The position numbers were made by a program, and so were the translations under genes. Of a stretch of DNA of 64,000 nucleotides, positions 1 to 11,095 are shown piece by piece. This stretch comes from Trichodelitschia bisporula (lineage: Eukaryota): the NCBI GenBank assembly GCA_010356995.1, contig ML996689.1:700691-764690 (forward strand). The letters are read 5' to 3'. The notes below the pieces were generated by a model, which saw only the letters and a program-made list of their open reading frames with translations, was not told the origin of the DNA and did no database searches. Positions within the stretch are counted from its first letter, which is position 1. Each line of letters begins with the position of its first letter.

Positions 1-782
1 GGTCCGAGAGGGAACTCTTCGCAGACCATTTGAGAATATTGGGTCGAGGCGTGCAGCGGTATCTTTCACTGGAGACTGCGAGCGCCCATGGTTCGGAATG
101 GTGAACCCCAGCGCTCGAGGAGGAGCGGGCGGTAAAGGAGCGGGATGAAGAGGTCTACGGTCACGCCCCGGCTGTGACGAAGTACGCGGGGGAATGTTTT
201 CAGGGCGCACCCTGTGCTCTGTAGAGCTATTAGGGAGAAGGGTGGGAATCGGCTCAAGTCCGAGGGGGAGCTCCTGGCGTCCACTACCCTTGCTCCTCTG
301 CGAGTCTCTCCTACTCAGGGAAGCCCGACGACTATGGGAGCTGCGGGCCGATGGCCTGCGGTTCAGGTCTAGGTTGAGCCGGTTCGTGATCTCAGCAAGA
401 CTCGGCTCCGTGAGCTCTCGAATATCGGACAGCGGGCGCGACTGAGTGGACCAGGGCGGTATTGCGGCAGTGGACCAAGGGGGTGGAACTCGTTGGTTAA
501 AGAGAGGACGGGCGTCCATGGGCTCCCCGTGGTAAGCGCCGGCTGAGCGATGGTTGCGGTCCTGCTGGTCGAACGAGGCGCGCCCGAACGGCGGGCCTTT
601 CTCAGGCGGAGACTGGACGAAGCCTAGATGGGCATCAGAATTGCGGATGTAGAGTGCCTCGAAGCAATAGCGTTACCAGCGCCGCCGGAGTGCCAGTGAT
701 GTACCGATTGGTAAGCGTTTTCCGGACTAACAGTAAGGTATTCCACCTGATGCTTGTATTCAGAATTGGGATTGCGCGAGAA
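1..782 (-). CDS. Partial gene running off the left edge; low-complexity Ser/Arg/Pro-rich N-terminal region of an unknown protein
   Basis: Stop-free frame from 623 to 1 (FVQSPPEKGPPFGRASF...SRPLSDIRELTEPSLAEIT...LRRVPSRT). Intron 624-676 (GTAACG...CTGAT...TAG) joins it in phase to exon 677-782. Start is uncertain; the first in-frame ATG is at 519. Confidence 0.55.
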
Positions 783-2368
783 CTAGGAGCCTACAGGAAG
801 TATAGGTGGATCCATAACATGACCGGCGTTTGATTGTTGGTAGTTGTTGGTACTGTGGATACAGTGAGGGAGGACAAACCTCGAGGATGTCGACGAGAGG
901 AGGTACTGATGGAAGGCATGGCTGGACAAGATTGGGGGGGTTGCGACTGCTTGCACGAGTGGAACACGACTTTGACCAAGGGCTTTCACATTGGATATCG
1001 AGATGTCTACGGTAGGTACTTTGCTACTGGGCGCCGATGAGCAACGCAGAGAGGAAATATTGATGTCAAAAGGGAGTTGGATGGTAGATACTTGCCATGC
1101 AAAGGCTTAGGGAGAGTTATGAGATGCGATGGGAGATGGTGTTGCTCTCTTCAGAAGAAGCACATAGGGACAAGCGGCCGATATCGCTCCTTGGCGGAAT
1201 CAGCCACAATGACGCCACGACCGCAGATCAGATGACCAGGGCCAGTGAGCGATGACGGAGCGATGAGCGAACGGTGAACTCCGGGATGGCACGTGACTAC
1301 AGGGCGGGAGATGCAGCGGCAAGCGGCAAAGGCACAATGCGGCAGTGCGGCGTGGCTGACCATTGGCTGACTGACCCAGCCCAACAGACCGGACCCCCTT
1401 CCCACGCCGCCATCACAGCCTTCAAATCAATCCACTCGGCATTCGTCAACCCACTCTTTTTTGCACCCCATGAGATGCGGAGAATGCGCGCCGTTCGTGG
1501 TTGAGCGACACGGGGCAACACGCGCGACACGAAGAGAGGACACACCGATCCCATCGTTCTGGGCATAACGATCCGAATGCAGGGCGATGCCGGAGTCGCA
1601 ATAATTGGCAGACCGTGTGGCTTTGACCGACATGGGCAAAAAGGAAATGGGTGAGAGATTTTGTGTATCTTCCCCCACGGCACAGCCTTGCCATATCTAC
1701 GGCGCTCATGGAGAATTCCGGGGGATGTTCGTAAGGGATATGACCTGTTTTGGCCGGTCCGGAAGAGCTGTCCAAGTGGAGTTGGGTCCGCTGGAGGAAG
1801 AAACTGGGGAATGCAGTACCGCACGGTAGATGGAGTGTCGCCTTCAGTGATCAGGAGTCTTCGCTTTTCGCCACGATCACACTCGATCTCAAGACGGAGC
1901 CAGTTCCGCATCTTCTCCTCGCTTCTCTTCGATCTCTTTGCAATCAGTCACTTCCTCGGAGATGCTTGACAGGCCAAGCGGCTGGCTGGCGGGAAGGTGG
2001 GAGAGGCGCCGCTCCAAGCCCTGGCCTGCTGACTCTCGCCGCGGCCAAGGCTTCGGTAGCTGCACACTCTGCCAATGGACGCCGCCTCAACCAGGAAAGA
2101 CTTGCCTGAAAGGTGACGAGAAGTCGGCATCCTGCATCGCTTGCATCGGTGAGAATGGGATCGTGGAGCTTGAGCGCCTAGATGAGATCATTTCAGTTTG
2201 CTGTTGATGGTACAGAGATGAAGAGGTTCGGGCCGGTTATATCTGTTTCCGTTAAGACATTGAGCCGAGCCGTGGTCCGGATGGTTTCGAAGGCGAACCG
2301 AAGCCGAAGTTCGTGTGGAGGCGTCCAGGTTACGGTATATCGACCAACCAAGTGAGGGCTGCCTGAGT

Positions 2369-2448
<80 letters not shown>
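2369..2448 (+). repeat. Poly-G homopolymer, 80 nt
   Basis: Uninterrupted G run read directly from the sequence. Confidence 0.95.
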
Positions 2449-2449
<1 letters not shown>

Positions 2450-2996
2450 GGTGAGGCGGGGGGAAAAGGATTGGGAGGGAAAATCTCAAGGAGTCGAGAA
2501 GAGGAGAAGTGAAGAGCGGGGAGGGTGAAAATGTTTTTTATGTCTTCGGCCGTTTTCCTCCCCACATTGTGCCCTTTGAGCCCTTTTCCCCCAGTCTTTC
2601 CACTCCCCCCCAGTTGTTCCCCTTCCCACACAACCCAATAACCCCCATTACCCCATTAACCCCAGTGTCCCCCCTCCTAAAAACCCATTTCCATTACCCA
2701 ACCTCTTATTCATACCTCCATCCTCACTTATCAAACTTCATCCTCCCAATCTTCCCCAGTCCCTCTGGCTGCCCCTCCATCTGTCACATTAATCTAATTC
2801 GGTCCCTGGTCCCACTCCAACGGTGCCGCCAGTGCGCAAGCCGCGTCTGTTGCGCTTGTCGGAACCACTGCCTCGTCGCCGATCCAAGCACCTCGAGTTC
2901 TTCGTACGTGATACTTATTCAATCCCTCGACTCCAAACGACCCAAACAAACACCCTCCCCACACCCCGCTATTGTTCCCGGGGTGGGTACCTGCAG

Positions 2997-3981
2997 ATGG
3001 GAGATAACGCTGCGACGATTGCCAATATCCACGACTCAATGACCGACAACGACGTGGGCAAGGTCGAAGACCCTAACGCCCAACATGAACGCGATTACTC
3101 CTCTGAAGGCTCGTCGCCCGAGAACGAGCAAGATCGCGAACTCGACCAGCAAGAGCGCCAGCAACAGGACAGCAACCCACAGCAACAGCAGAAGCGCAAA
3201 GGCGGTCGCAAGCCCGTACGTTATTCCTTCTTTTCTTCCCCACCTTCTGGCCCCTCTTCCCCTCCCCCCTCTTTGCCTAGTAATAGCCCGCTTCTCGCCA
3301 CGCCGTCATGTCGCGTCAACCGCCGCTGACGAAACGCTCAAAGATCTATGCCACGTCCGAAGAGCGCAAGCAGCGCAATCGCCAGGCCCAGGCGGCCTTC
3401 CGCGAGCGCCGCACCGAGTATATCAAGCAGCTGGAAAGCACGATAAAGCTCCACGAGGAGACGCTACAGAACTTGCAGCAGAGCCACCGGACAGCAGCCG
3501 ATGAGTGTCTGATGCTGCGATACAAGAACTCGCTGTTGGAGCGGATATTGTTGGAGAAGGGTGCGTTAGGCTCTTCGTCGTCTGGTTCCGTCCTAACCCT
3601 TCCAGGCATCGATGTCCAGGCCGAACTGCGCGCAAAGGGTGGCAGCCCCAACCTCTCCGCTACCCGCGTCCCTACATCGAGCGCGCCCCTTGCGCAACCC
3701 ATCCAGCGCTACGCCGTAAACAAATACGCCCACCACGCGCGCCGCTCGCTCTCAGGCCTAGCAACCAAGGCCGACGGGCTGCCACAGCTGCACGCGGAGA
3801 GCATGATGAGCCACCACCGGTCGCCGCTCTCGCAGCAGCCAACACCCACATCGCACGCCTCTTCCCCCGCGACCTCGACGACCAAATCACCCAACTTTCT
3901 CCCTCAAGGTGGGGCAATGTCGCCGTCCTTCGCACCCGTAGCTCAGCAAGCCCAGCAGCTGCAGCGCCAGCCCCCGCCTTT

Positions 3982-4014
<33 letters not shown>

Positions 4015-4632
4015 GCGCCCCCTCCAACCCTTCGCCTCACCGCAGCGCCCCGCCCTCGTCGGCAGCGCAACCTACCCCCTCGCCAACAGCGCAGGCGGGC
4101 CAAGCGGCAGCACCGGCGCCGGCGCGCCCACCGCCACGTCCGGCCCAAGTTACTACCCGTCTCCCTTCCAGACGCATTATGACCAACTCGGCAAGTTGTC
4201 CCCTCTCGTTTGCGTCTCATGTTAGACATAGAGCTGTGTTCGTCCTAGATTAATTCCGTGAGTACAGAGCAGGAGTACGACGCGCAAGCCGACATGCTCG
4301 ATGCCGAAGATGCGAATGAAGCCTCTGCGGGCCCCGGCCCTTTCCCGCCGCCTTTTGCGCCCGCGGTGCAGCAGGCGCCGCCGCATGATGTGCGCATGCA
4401 GGGCCCGCCACAGCACGTGCAGAACGGTATCCATCACCATGCCGCTGTGCAGCACCCTGAGAGTGGGTACGGTGGGGGTGCGGGCGGCGCAGGGGGCGCC
4501 GGTCCGTCTGGCGCGCAGGCGGCTGGCGGCGGGATGTTCGATCCCTACGATCCGATGCTTGATGCCGATCCGTTCGGCTTGAGTGCCAGCATGCACTTCC
4601 CGACGCAGTTTTCGTTCAACGCGGCGCAGTGA
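2997..4632 (+). CDS. rsmA: Yap-like bZIP transcription factor (RsmA/Fcr3 type)
   Basis: Exons 2997-3215, 3344-3560, 3606-4190, 4268-4632. Spliced basic region KRKGGRKPIYATSEERKQRNRQAQAAFRERRTEYIKQLE, followed by a leucine zipper, poly-Gln and the C-terminal motif DPFGLSASMHFPTQF. Confidence 0.85.
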
Positions 4633-5351
4633 AGGGTCACGCGGTAGCGTCTAAGAGACGGAAGGGATGACCTGAAGAGACGGGATTTTGGAGAAAGAGA
4701 TGGATCCAGGGACCAAGGGCCACGCGAAAGGGTCGTGGCTGTTCCCCGTGTGCCAGGACGCACCGGCTACGCGGCTGCGGTCTTTTCGAGTGGTCTTGGC
4801 ATTCACGACTGAAGGTACGCACGCAGCGAGCTACGGGTAATTTTGGATTAGGCGCTTGAGGCTGGGCGATTATGAAAGGAAGTGGGCGATACCACGGGAC
4901 GAAATACTCCGGGGCGCAAAGAGATTGGGGTGTTCAGTTGGCTTTTTGCGGAGAGGATACTCTTGGACAAAGGGCTGAGTGTTGGGGATGGATTCGTAAA
5001 AAGCGGTGCTGGGAGGGGATTTGGCTCTTTTTGATGATGTTGCTTTCGTTTCTCCTGTGGATTGGTTTTGTGTGCGGGGGGGTTCGTGTATATAGAGCGA
5101 GTGTGGAGGAGGGAATGTGAGAAATGGAAATCTGCGCGCTGGCGTGGGTGATGAGCGCCTAGATACACCCTCCTCGGTTCGGCAAGCCGCTCCCCCCCCC
5201 CCGCTCTATGAATCGAGGGAGGAGGGGGAAAGAGCGATTTGAGAGGTCCAGACGCCCTTCTCACGAAAGCCGACAATGTTATCCCCGCCGAGCCTCACTA
5301 CGGTACGGTACGCCCGCAACCGGGGATAACCACTCCGAGATTCCCACCCCG

Positions 5352-5388
<37 letters not shown>
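5352..5388 (+). repeat. Poly-C homopolymer, 37 nt
   Basis: Uninterrupted C run upstream of the HSP20 gene. Confidence 0.95.
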
Positions 5389-5389
<1 letters not shown>

Positions 5390-5497
5390 TCCCGCCGAAG
5401 TCTCCGAGCCCCCCGCCCCACGTGCCGCGGAACCGCCCGAGTCTCCGCCCGCCCCCCCTCCCCCCCCCCTTCGCGCCCAAATCCCAAACCCTAACCC

Positions 5498-5802
5498 TTC
5501 CAGAACCTCACCGACCCTGCGCCAACGGGCGCCCCGACCTCAATGCCATGTTCGCGCCGCGGCACGCTTGCTGAACATGGGAAAGGCGGGGGGGGGGGTG
5601 CGGGGTGCGGGGTGCATAATGGACGCGTGGGAGGTGCGGCGCGATGTCACGCCATGCAGATTGTCGGAGGACTCGGGATCGGTTGTTGGAGGGACTGGTG
5701 GTTTGGGTGAGGGGGGAGAGTGTGTGGAGTGATGTAACGCGATGGCGATGGGTCTGGATCTGGGGATGGGGTTGTGGGTTTGTATAAAAGGGACTTGAGG
5801 GG
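5498..5802 (+). promoter_or_regulatory. Putative HSP20 promoter elements: minimal HSE-like TTCcaGAA, STRE-like AGGGG sites and a TATA box
   Basis: TTCCAGAA at 5498-5505, AGGGG near 5710 and 5798, TATAAAAG at 5783-5790, about 170 nt upstream of the ATG. Confidence 0.45.
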
Positions 5803-5954
5803 CGGTGGGATCGGGTCTCCACTTCGACATCAGAGTCTCATCATCCGAACAACATCATCACGATTGGACACCAATCAAACCACCACCACCACCACCACCA
5901 CCACCAATTCACCAAACCCCCCCATCAAACCAACCCCTCCACCCTCCCACCGCA

Positions 5955-6629
5955 ATGGAGTTCTACTTCGCCTACCCCCCCCCAGTCCCGTACACAACAA
6001 CCTACCTCCACGGCCCCCGCCAGCATCCCGCCCTCTCACACATCCCCCACCCGCACATCCCAGGCCTACCTCACCTCCCGCACCTCCTCCCCTCCCTCCC
6101 CTCCCACAACCCAGACCTCGAAATCCACACTCCGCGTGCCGACGTCCGCGAATCGGCCTCCGCCTACGTGCTCGACATCGAATTGCCGGGCGTGCACCGC
6201 AGGGAGGACCTCGAGCTCAAGTGGTTGAACCGGCGCGCGCTGTTGCTGAAGGCTAGCGTGGTGAGGCCGGAGATTCCGGAGGAGGCGGCGGCGGCGGCGG
6301 CGGCGGCGGCGCCGGGCGGGGCTGGGGAGACGAGCATTACTACTCCCGCTGCTCCCGCGGCTGAGGCGCTGAAGGGGGGAGAGGCCCCGGTGGAGGAGAA
6401 GAAGAAGGAGGAGAAAGAGGAGGCCAAGGCTGAAGCCTCAGTACACCTCACGCTGCGCGAGCGCAAAATCGGGACTCTGGAACGGGCGTTTGATTTCCCG
6501 GTTGATGTGGATCATGCGGGGCTTATTGCGAAGCTGCAGTATGGTGTTTTGAGGATTGTGTTGCCGAAGGTTGGGCATGAGGCGGCGCATGGGCTTGGGC
6601 AGGTGGAGGTTGAGCATACGGGGCAGTAG
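5955..6629 (+). CDS. Small heat-shock protein (HSP20/alpha-crystallin domain)
   Basis: Intronless ORF from ATG 5955. Contains PRADVRESASAYVLDIELPGV and ERKIGTLERAFDFPVDVDHAGLIAKLQYGVLRIVLPK, which are alpha-crystallin-domain signatures. Confidence 0.9.
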   Translation: MEFYFAYPPPVPYTTTYLHGPRQHPALSHIPHPHIPGLPHLPHLLPSLPSHNPDLEIHTPRADVRESASAYVLDIELPGVHRREDLELKWLNRRALLLKASVVRPEIPEEAAAAAAAAAPGGAGETSITTPAAPAAEALKGGEAPVEEKKKEEKEEAKAEASVHLTLRERKIGTLERAFDFPVDVDHAGLIAKLQYGVLRIVLPKVGHEAAHGLGQVEVEHTGQ

Positions 6630-7041
6630 GAGGGATGAGGAGGAAGGCTTGTATTTGTGCTTTTTTGCTGTGCTGTGCTGGCGCTGGGTGATGGGGATGT
6701 AGGTAGCGGGGTTGCGTATGTGGGGAGATATACCTGTTCATTGTCTTCTTGTCGTCGGTTGTTTCAACGTGCCAACGCGTAATGGAAGCAAAGGATCTTC
6801 ATCTGCAGAGGGCGACTGTGAAGACTGAAGTTGAAGTGAAAGGCGAAGAGGAAGAGAGGAAGACACTCTCAACAATAAATACCCGATGATGCCAGGTATC
6901 CTCCTATGCTCCTTCCTTCCATTATGCGCACATTACATCAGGTCCCTTCCTTAGACAAGTATGCTCCTTCCAGACATAACAATAATGCTCTTGCCTCACA
7001 TCCCCATCCCCATCCCCCAGCACCCCCCCCCCCCCCAATCA

Positions 7042-8607
7042 CTACTTCCTCTTCAACCCCCCCCTCCTCCGTCCAGCCGCATCCCTCCCCTCCCCAATCG
7101 CAATCGCCGCCTCCCTCTTCCGCTCCCCCACAACCTTCAACCCCTCCCTCACAACCCTCCCCTCAATACTAACCCCCTCCTCCTCATACTCCACCATCTC
7201 CCTCCCACACCGCTCCTCAATAGCCCGCACAAGCTCCACATCCCTCTGTCCCACGAACGTAACCGCGTCGCCACCGCGGCCCGCGCGAGCTGTTCGGCCC
7301 ACCCTGTGCACGTAATCGTCTGGGTCGCGGGGGACGTCGTAGTTTACTACGAGCTCGACGGCGGGGATGTCGAGACCGCGCGCCGCGACGTCAGTCGCAA
7401 TGAGGACGCGGGCCGCGCGGGCGCGGAAGCGGGCTAGATTCGCGGTGCGGACCGGTTGTGGAAGTCCGGAGTGCAGCGCCGTGACGCGGTGGCCGAGCAG
7501 GCGAAGTAAATGCTCCAGGAACGTGGCCGTAGCCGTGCGGTTGGTGAATACGATAGTCGACTTCGGCTCATTGGCCGGCGTGCCGAGCAGCACGTGCAGG
7601 AAGGACTCGCGCTGCGTCACCGGCACCAAAATGTAATGCTGACTGAGCTGGGGCGGGATAGCAAGGGTAGCAGTGTCAACCTCGCAGACAAACACGGGGG
7701 GCCGCGAAGCCGGCCTCGGACGCTCCTTCAGGGCGCGCACTTCGGGCGTTACGGTTGCGGTGAAGAGGCATGTTTGCCGTGCTTCTGGCGGGGGGAGGAT
7801 GGATAGGCAGGTCTCGACGTCGGGGAGCATGCTGCCGGGTCCCGTGGCTAGGAGCCGGTCTGCTTCGTCGAGGACGACAAAACGAACGCGTCGCAGGCCG
7901 CAGATGGTGTCTTCGCCTGAGTTGGCGATGTGGTCGGCTAGCCGGCCGGGGGTGGCGATGACGACGTGCGGCCTGTTGGCGAGGGCGAGGGCTTGGGGGC
8001 GCATTTCGGCGCCGCCAGTTATGAGGAGGGGTTTTAGGGATTGGGGGGCGGAGATGGCTTTGAATTGCTCGAAGATTTGGAGGGCGAGTTCGCTGCGTGG
8101 GTTAGTCGGGAGTTTGGGGTATATGTTGGGGGGGAGGGGGTACCGGGTGGGTGTCAGGACGACGGCGAAGATGCCAAAGGGATCTTGGGCCCATTTTTGT
8201 AGAATGGGTACGGCAAAGGCAATTGTTTTGCCGGACCCGGTGCGGCTGCCGCCTATGCAGTCGTGGCCTTGGAGGATGGCGGGGATGCAGCCTTGTTGGA
8301 TGCCCGTCGGCCGTGTGATGGCGAGGTTCGCGAGCGAGCCCACGAGCCAGGGATCGACGTTCAGCTCGGCGAAGGATTTCTTCTCTTTTGGCAGAGCCAC
8401 TCCGCCATTGTGAGTTGTAGAAGTAGCAGTCTTCTTCGCCTTGACGCGGGAGAGCGTGGTTTGTGAAAGGTACGAGGGGGGTGCGGCGGGTTTCGCGGGA
8501 GGGGGTGAGAGCTTTCTGCGCTTGCGGGGCTCGGGGTCGATTTGTTTGTCGTCGCTGGAGAGGTCCCAGGTTTCGTTTTGGGAGGTTTCGGAGGCGGGAG
8601 GAGACAT
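7042..8607 (-). CDS. DBP8: DEAD-box RNA helicase Dbp8 (40S biogenesis)
   Basis: Motifs [16 protein letters not shown] (after removing the 51-nt intron 8093-8143), DEAD, TAT, RGLDIP and [11 protein letters not shown] in motif III and [10 protein letters not shown] fit Dbp8. Confidence 0.9.
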   Translation of the reverse strand: MSPPASETSQNETWDLSSDDKQIDPEPRKRRKLSPPPAKPAAPPSYLSQTTLSRVKAKKTATSTTHNGGVALPKEKKSFAELNVDPWLVGSLANLAITRPTGIQQGCIPAILQGHDCIGGSRTGSGKTIAFAVPILQKWAQDPFGIFAVVLTPTRYPLPPNIYPKLPTNPRSELALQIFEQFKAISAPQSLKPLLITGGAEMRPQALALANRPHVVIATPGRLADHIANSGEDTICGLRRVRFVVLDEADRLLATGPGSMLPDVETCLSILPPPEARQTCLFTATVTPEVRALKERPRPASRPPVFVCEVDTATLAIPPQLSQHYILVPVTQRESFLHVLLGTPANEPKSTIVFTNRTATATFLEHLLRLLGHRVTALHSGLPQPVRTANLARFRARAARVLIATDVAARGLDIPAVELVVNYDVPRDPDDYVHRVGRTARAGRGGDAVTFVGQRDVELVRAIEERCGREMVEYEEEGVSIEGRVVREGLKVVGERKREAAIAIGEGRDAAGRRRGGLKRK

Positions 8608-9751
8608 GGTGGGGAGGAGTGTGGTTGTTCACGGCTTCACATGTCGCGATACTAAATTTTTGAGGATGAGAGATGCGCCGGAGGAGCGTCGGCCCGGGTT
8701 GCGGGTGTCGGACCTGGCGCCGGTTCACTCATTCCCCGCCCCCACCATGGCCTCGCTCGATGCTCATCCAAGATGGTACAAGCATTCGGCACGCTATTTT
8801 ATGGCTGGGCGCATCAATGGTGGGTTCGCTGAGCTAACCATTAACTTCTCAACAGCTTGATATAGAACAAAGCGCGTCCCTGTCTAGCCCAGACATCGAA
8901 GCGATATGAGTTGACCCATCTGCTAGAATGGAGCGATTCCATTCGCTTTCAAGCCTGTCGCTACTGCTCAGCTTTCATCATTGCTGACGGGACATCGGCC
9001 CGATTATCATGGGATTGCGGAATGGCGAGTGAAGCCCAACACGTGATATTGATATTGATATTGCTCCTTCGTCACAAGAGGAAGCTCTCGCCTTTCCCGT
9101 CGATCAAGCAGACAGGCAGAGAGTACGTCGTACAGAGAAGAGAAAAGGGAAGGCGAGAAGCTGCAACTCCTCTTCCACGGCATTCTAGCCCGCGCCCGCA
9201 TTCCACTCCATTGCAGATCAGATCCTTCGGAGTCGGTTGCTGGCCCTGGCGAAAGATGGACGGCATGCCTACGGTAAGGTGATGTGGCAGACAGCAGCGA
9301 TTGGCGAAGGAACCTCGACAAACCAACATCCAACACCGCATCCAACGCACAGCAGCAGCATGCATATTGGTGAGAAAAAAAAAACCCCCCTTCAGGAGCC
9401 TGCAGAGCAACTAGCCTAGGGGATTGGGGACCTTAATGAACAGCTTCTGATGTCAGGATTGTCAGCTTATCCTTCCTTTGTAACTGCTCTGCTCCTCTCG
9501 TCTTCGCTTCCGACGTCCGATCTGTCGCCCCAGGTCTTCAGCCGCACGCAGCTAAGCCATGCTACTTGTAACTGGCGGTGATGGCACAGCGTCAGGCTCA
9601 GGCTCGTTTCTCCTACGGTACTTGATGGAAATTTGGGGGTCCGCGTTTCAATGGGGGCTATGGAGCTACGGCCCGTTGTTGGACCCTGTGGGGTCGAGGG
9701 CTTTGAGTGCAATGGGGCCGTTGGCCTGTGGGGCGGACCGTTGAAGCAGAA

Positions 9752-9936
9752 GAGAGAGAGAGGGTGAGAGAATGGGAGAGAGAGGGTGAGAGAATGGGAG
9801 AGAGAGGGTGAGAGAATGGGAGATAGAGGGTGAGAGAATGGGAGATAGAGGGTGAGAGAATGGGAGAGAGAGAGTGAGAGAGTGAGAGAATGGCAGAGAG
9901 AGAGTGAGAGAATGGGAGAGAGAGAAGCGAGAATGG
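9752..9936 (+). repeat. Purine-rich minisatellite, ~22-bp unit GAGA(G/T)AGAGGGTGAGAGAATGG, about 8 imperfect copies
   Basis: Direct tandem repeats visible in the sequence. Confidence 0.9.
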
Positions 9937-10196
9937 AGAACAAACCAGGGAGATGGAGAAAGACTAGACGACGGAAGAAGAAGTGCAATGGTACGTCCTA
10001 TTATCCTGTTAGTCCACTAGACTCTTAAGCCCAGCCTTTGACCTCGAAGTACATGCAAAAAGCTTGTCGAAGGCACATTTGCATTGAAGTGTGTTTGGCC
10101 ACCGGGAAGTGTTTGGAGTGAAGCAAGCAGCGACGGCGGTTAATGAAACAATCATAGCCCACTCCCTCCCCTCCCTCCCACAAGCCTCTTTTCTGT

Positions 10197-10221
10197 GCCT
10201 CTCTCTCTTCTCTCTCTCTCT

Positions 10222-10289
<68 letters not shown>

Positions 10290-10300
10290 ACTCTCTCTGC
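10197..10300 (+). repeat. (CT)n microsatellite / polypyrimidine tract
   Basis: Long CT dinucleotide run with few interruptions. Confidence 0.95.
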
Positions 10301-11095
10301 ACTGCTCTCTGCTGTCTTCTCTCTCGGTCACTGAGGATCCTTCTCATCTCTCACGTTCTCCCGGCCTCAGCTCCTTCTCCTCTCTTCTCCAATCCCAGCC
10401 CCAGTCCCTGTTCTCTCTCGCGGCTTTTCCCCCTCTCCTCCCCTCCCCTCTCCTCCCCTCCCCTCCCCTCCCCGGCTCGAGAGACAAGACTTGCAACTCA
10501 GGACCCTGCACTGCCCTGGACACCCATCACACTCATCACACACCCAACTCACCTTCACACATCCTCTTCTTCCATCAGCTCTGCTCCTTGGACTTCTCGT
10601 CTCATCCTCTCCGACCTTCTTCATCCTCAACACCATCGCATCCCATCTAGCATCACGCACAGCTTCCCCACCTACCCGCCCCTCTGCCCCTCGGGACATG
10701 CCCCAGGCCGCCCGCAGAAGGGCATCACCACACCTCATCACCTGCCTCCCACCGACACAGCGCCCACTCCTCCCTCTCCGCCACATCTGCGCCTAACCAT
10801 CTTCCTTCCATCCCTATCTCCTCCTCTACCCCACCAGATAATCCCGCCCACGGGTCAACACCGTTGAACCCCACGGTCGACCCTCTCTTCACCCCACACC
10901 AGCTGAACGGCGCCCAGCGTGCACACACTCTCGATTGCGCATCCTCCATCAACCTCTTCGCCTCCTCTTTCTGACAAGCAGGCGGTATTCTCCTCTCCTG
11001 CCACTTGCGCATAACCGCCACACTCTTTCTCTCCCGACCTCTCACTTGAACACCTTCCCTCCCTCACCCACAACAACAGGCAGTCACCAACAACC

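Noticed and set aside
2188..2631. Poly-Pro/poly-Gly ORFs here and at 5206-5732
   Set aside because: They are translations of the G/C homopolymers, not plausible genes.
5486..5498. Telomere-like CCCTAACCCT
   Set aside because: Fewer than two full units, so chance-level.
9752..9936. Regularly spaced repeats considered as a CRISPR-like array
   Set aside because: Units are contiguous, low-complexity and lack unique spacers; the context is eukaryotic with no cas genes.
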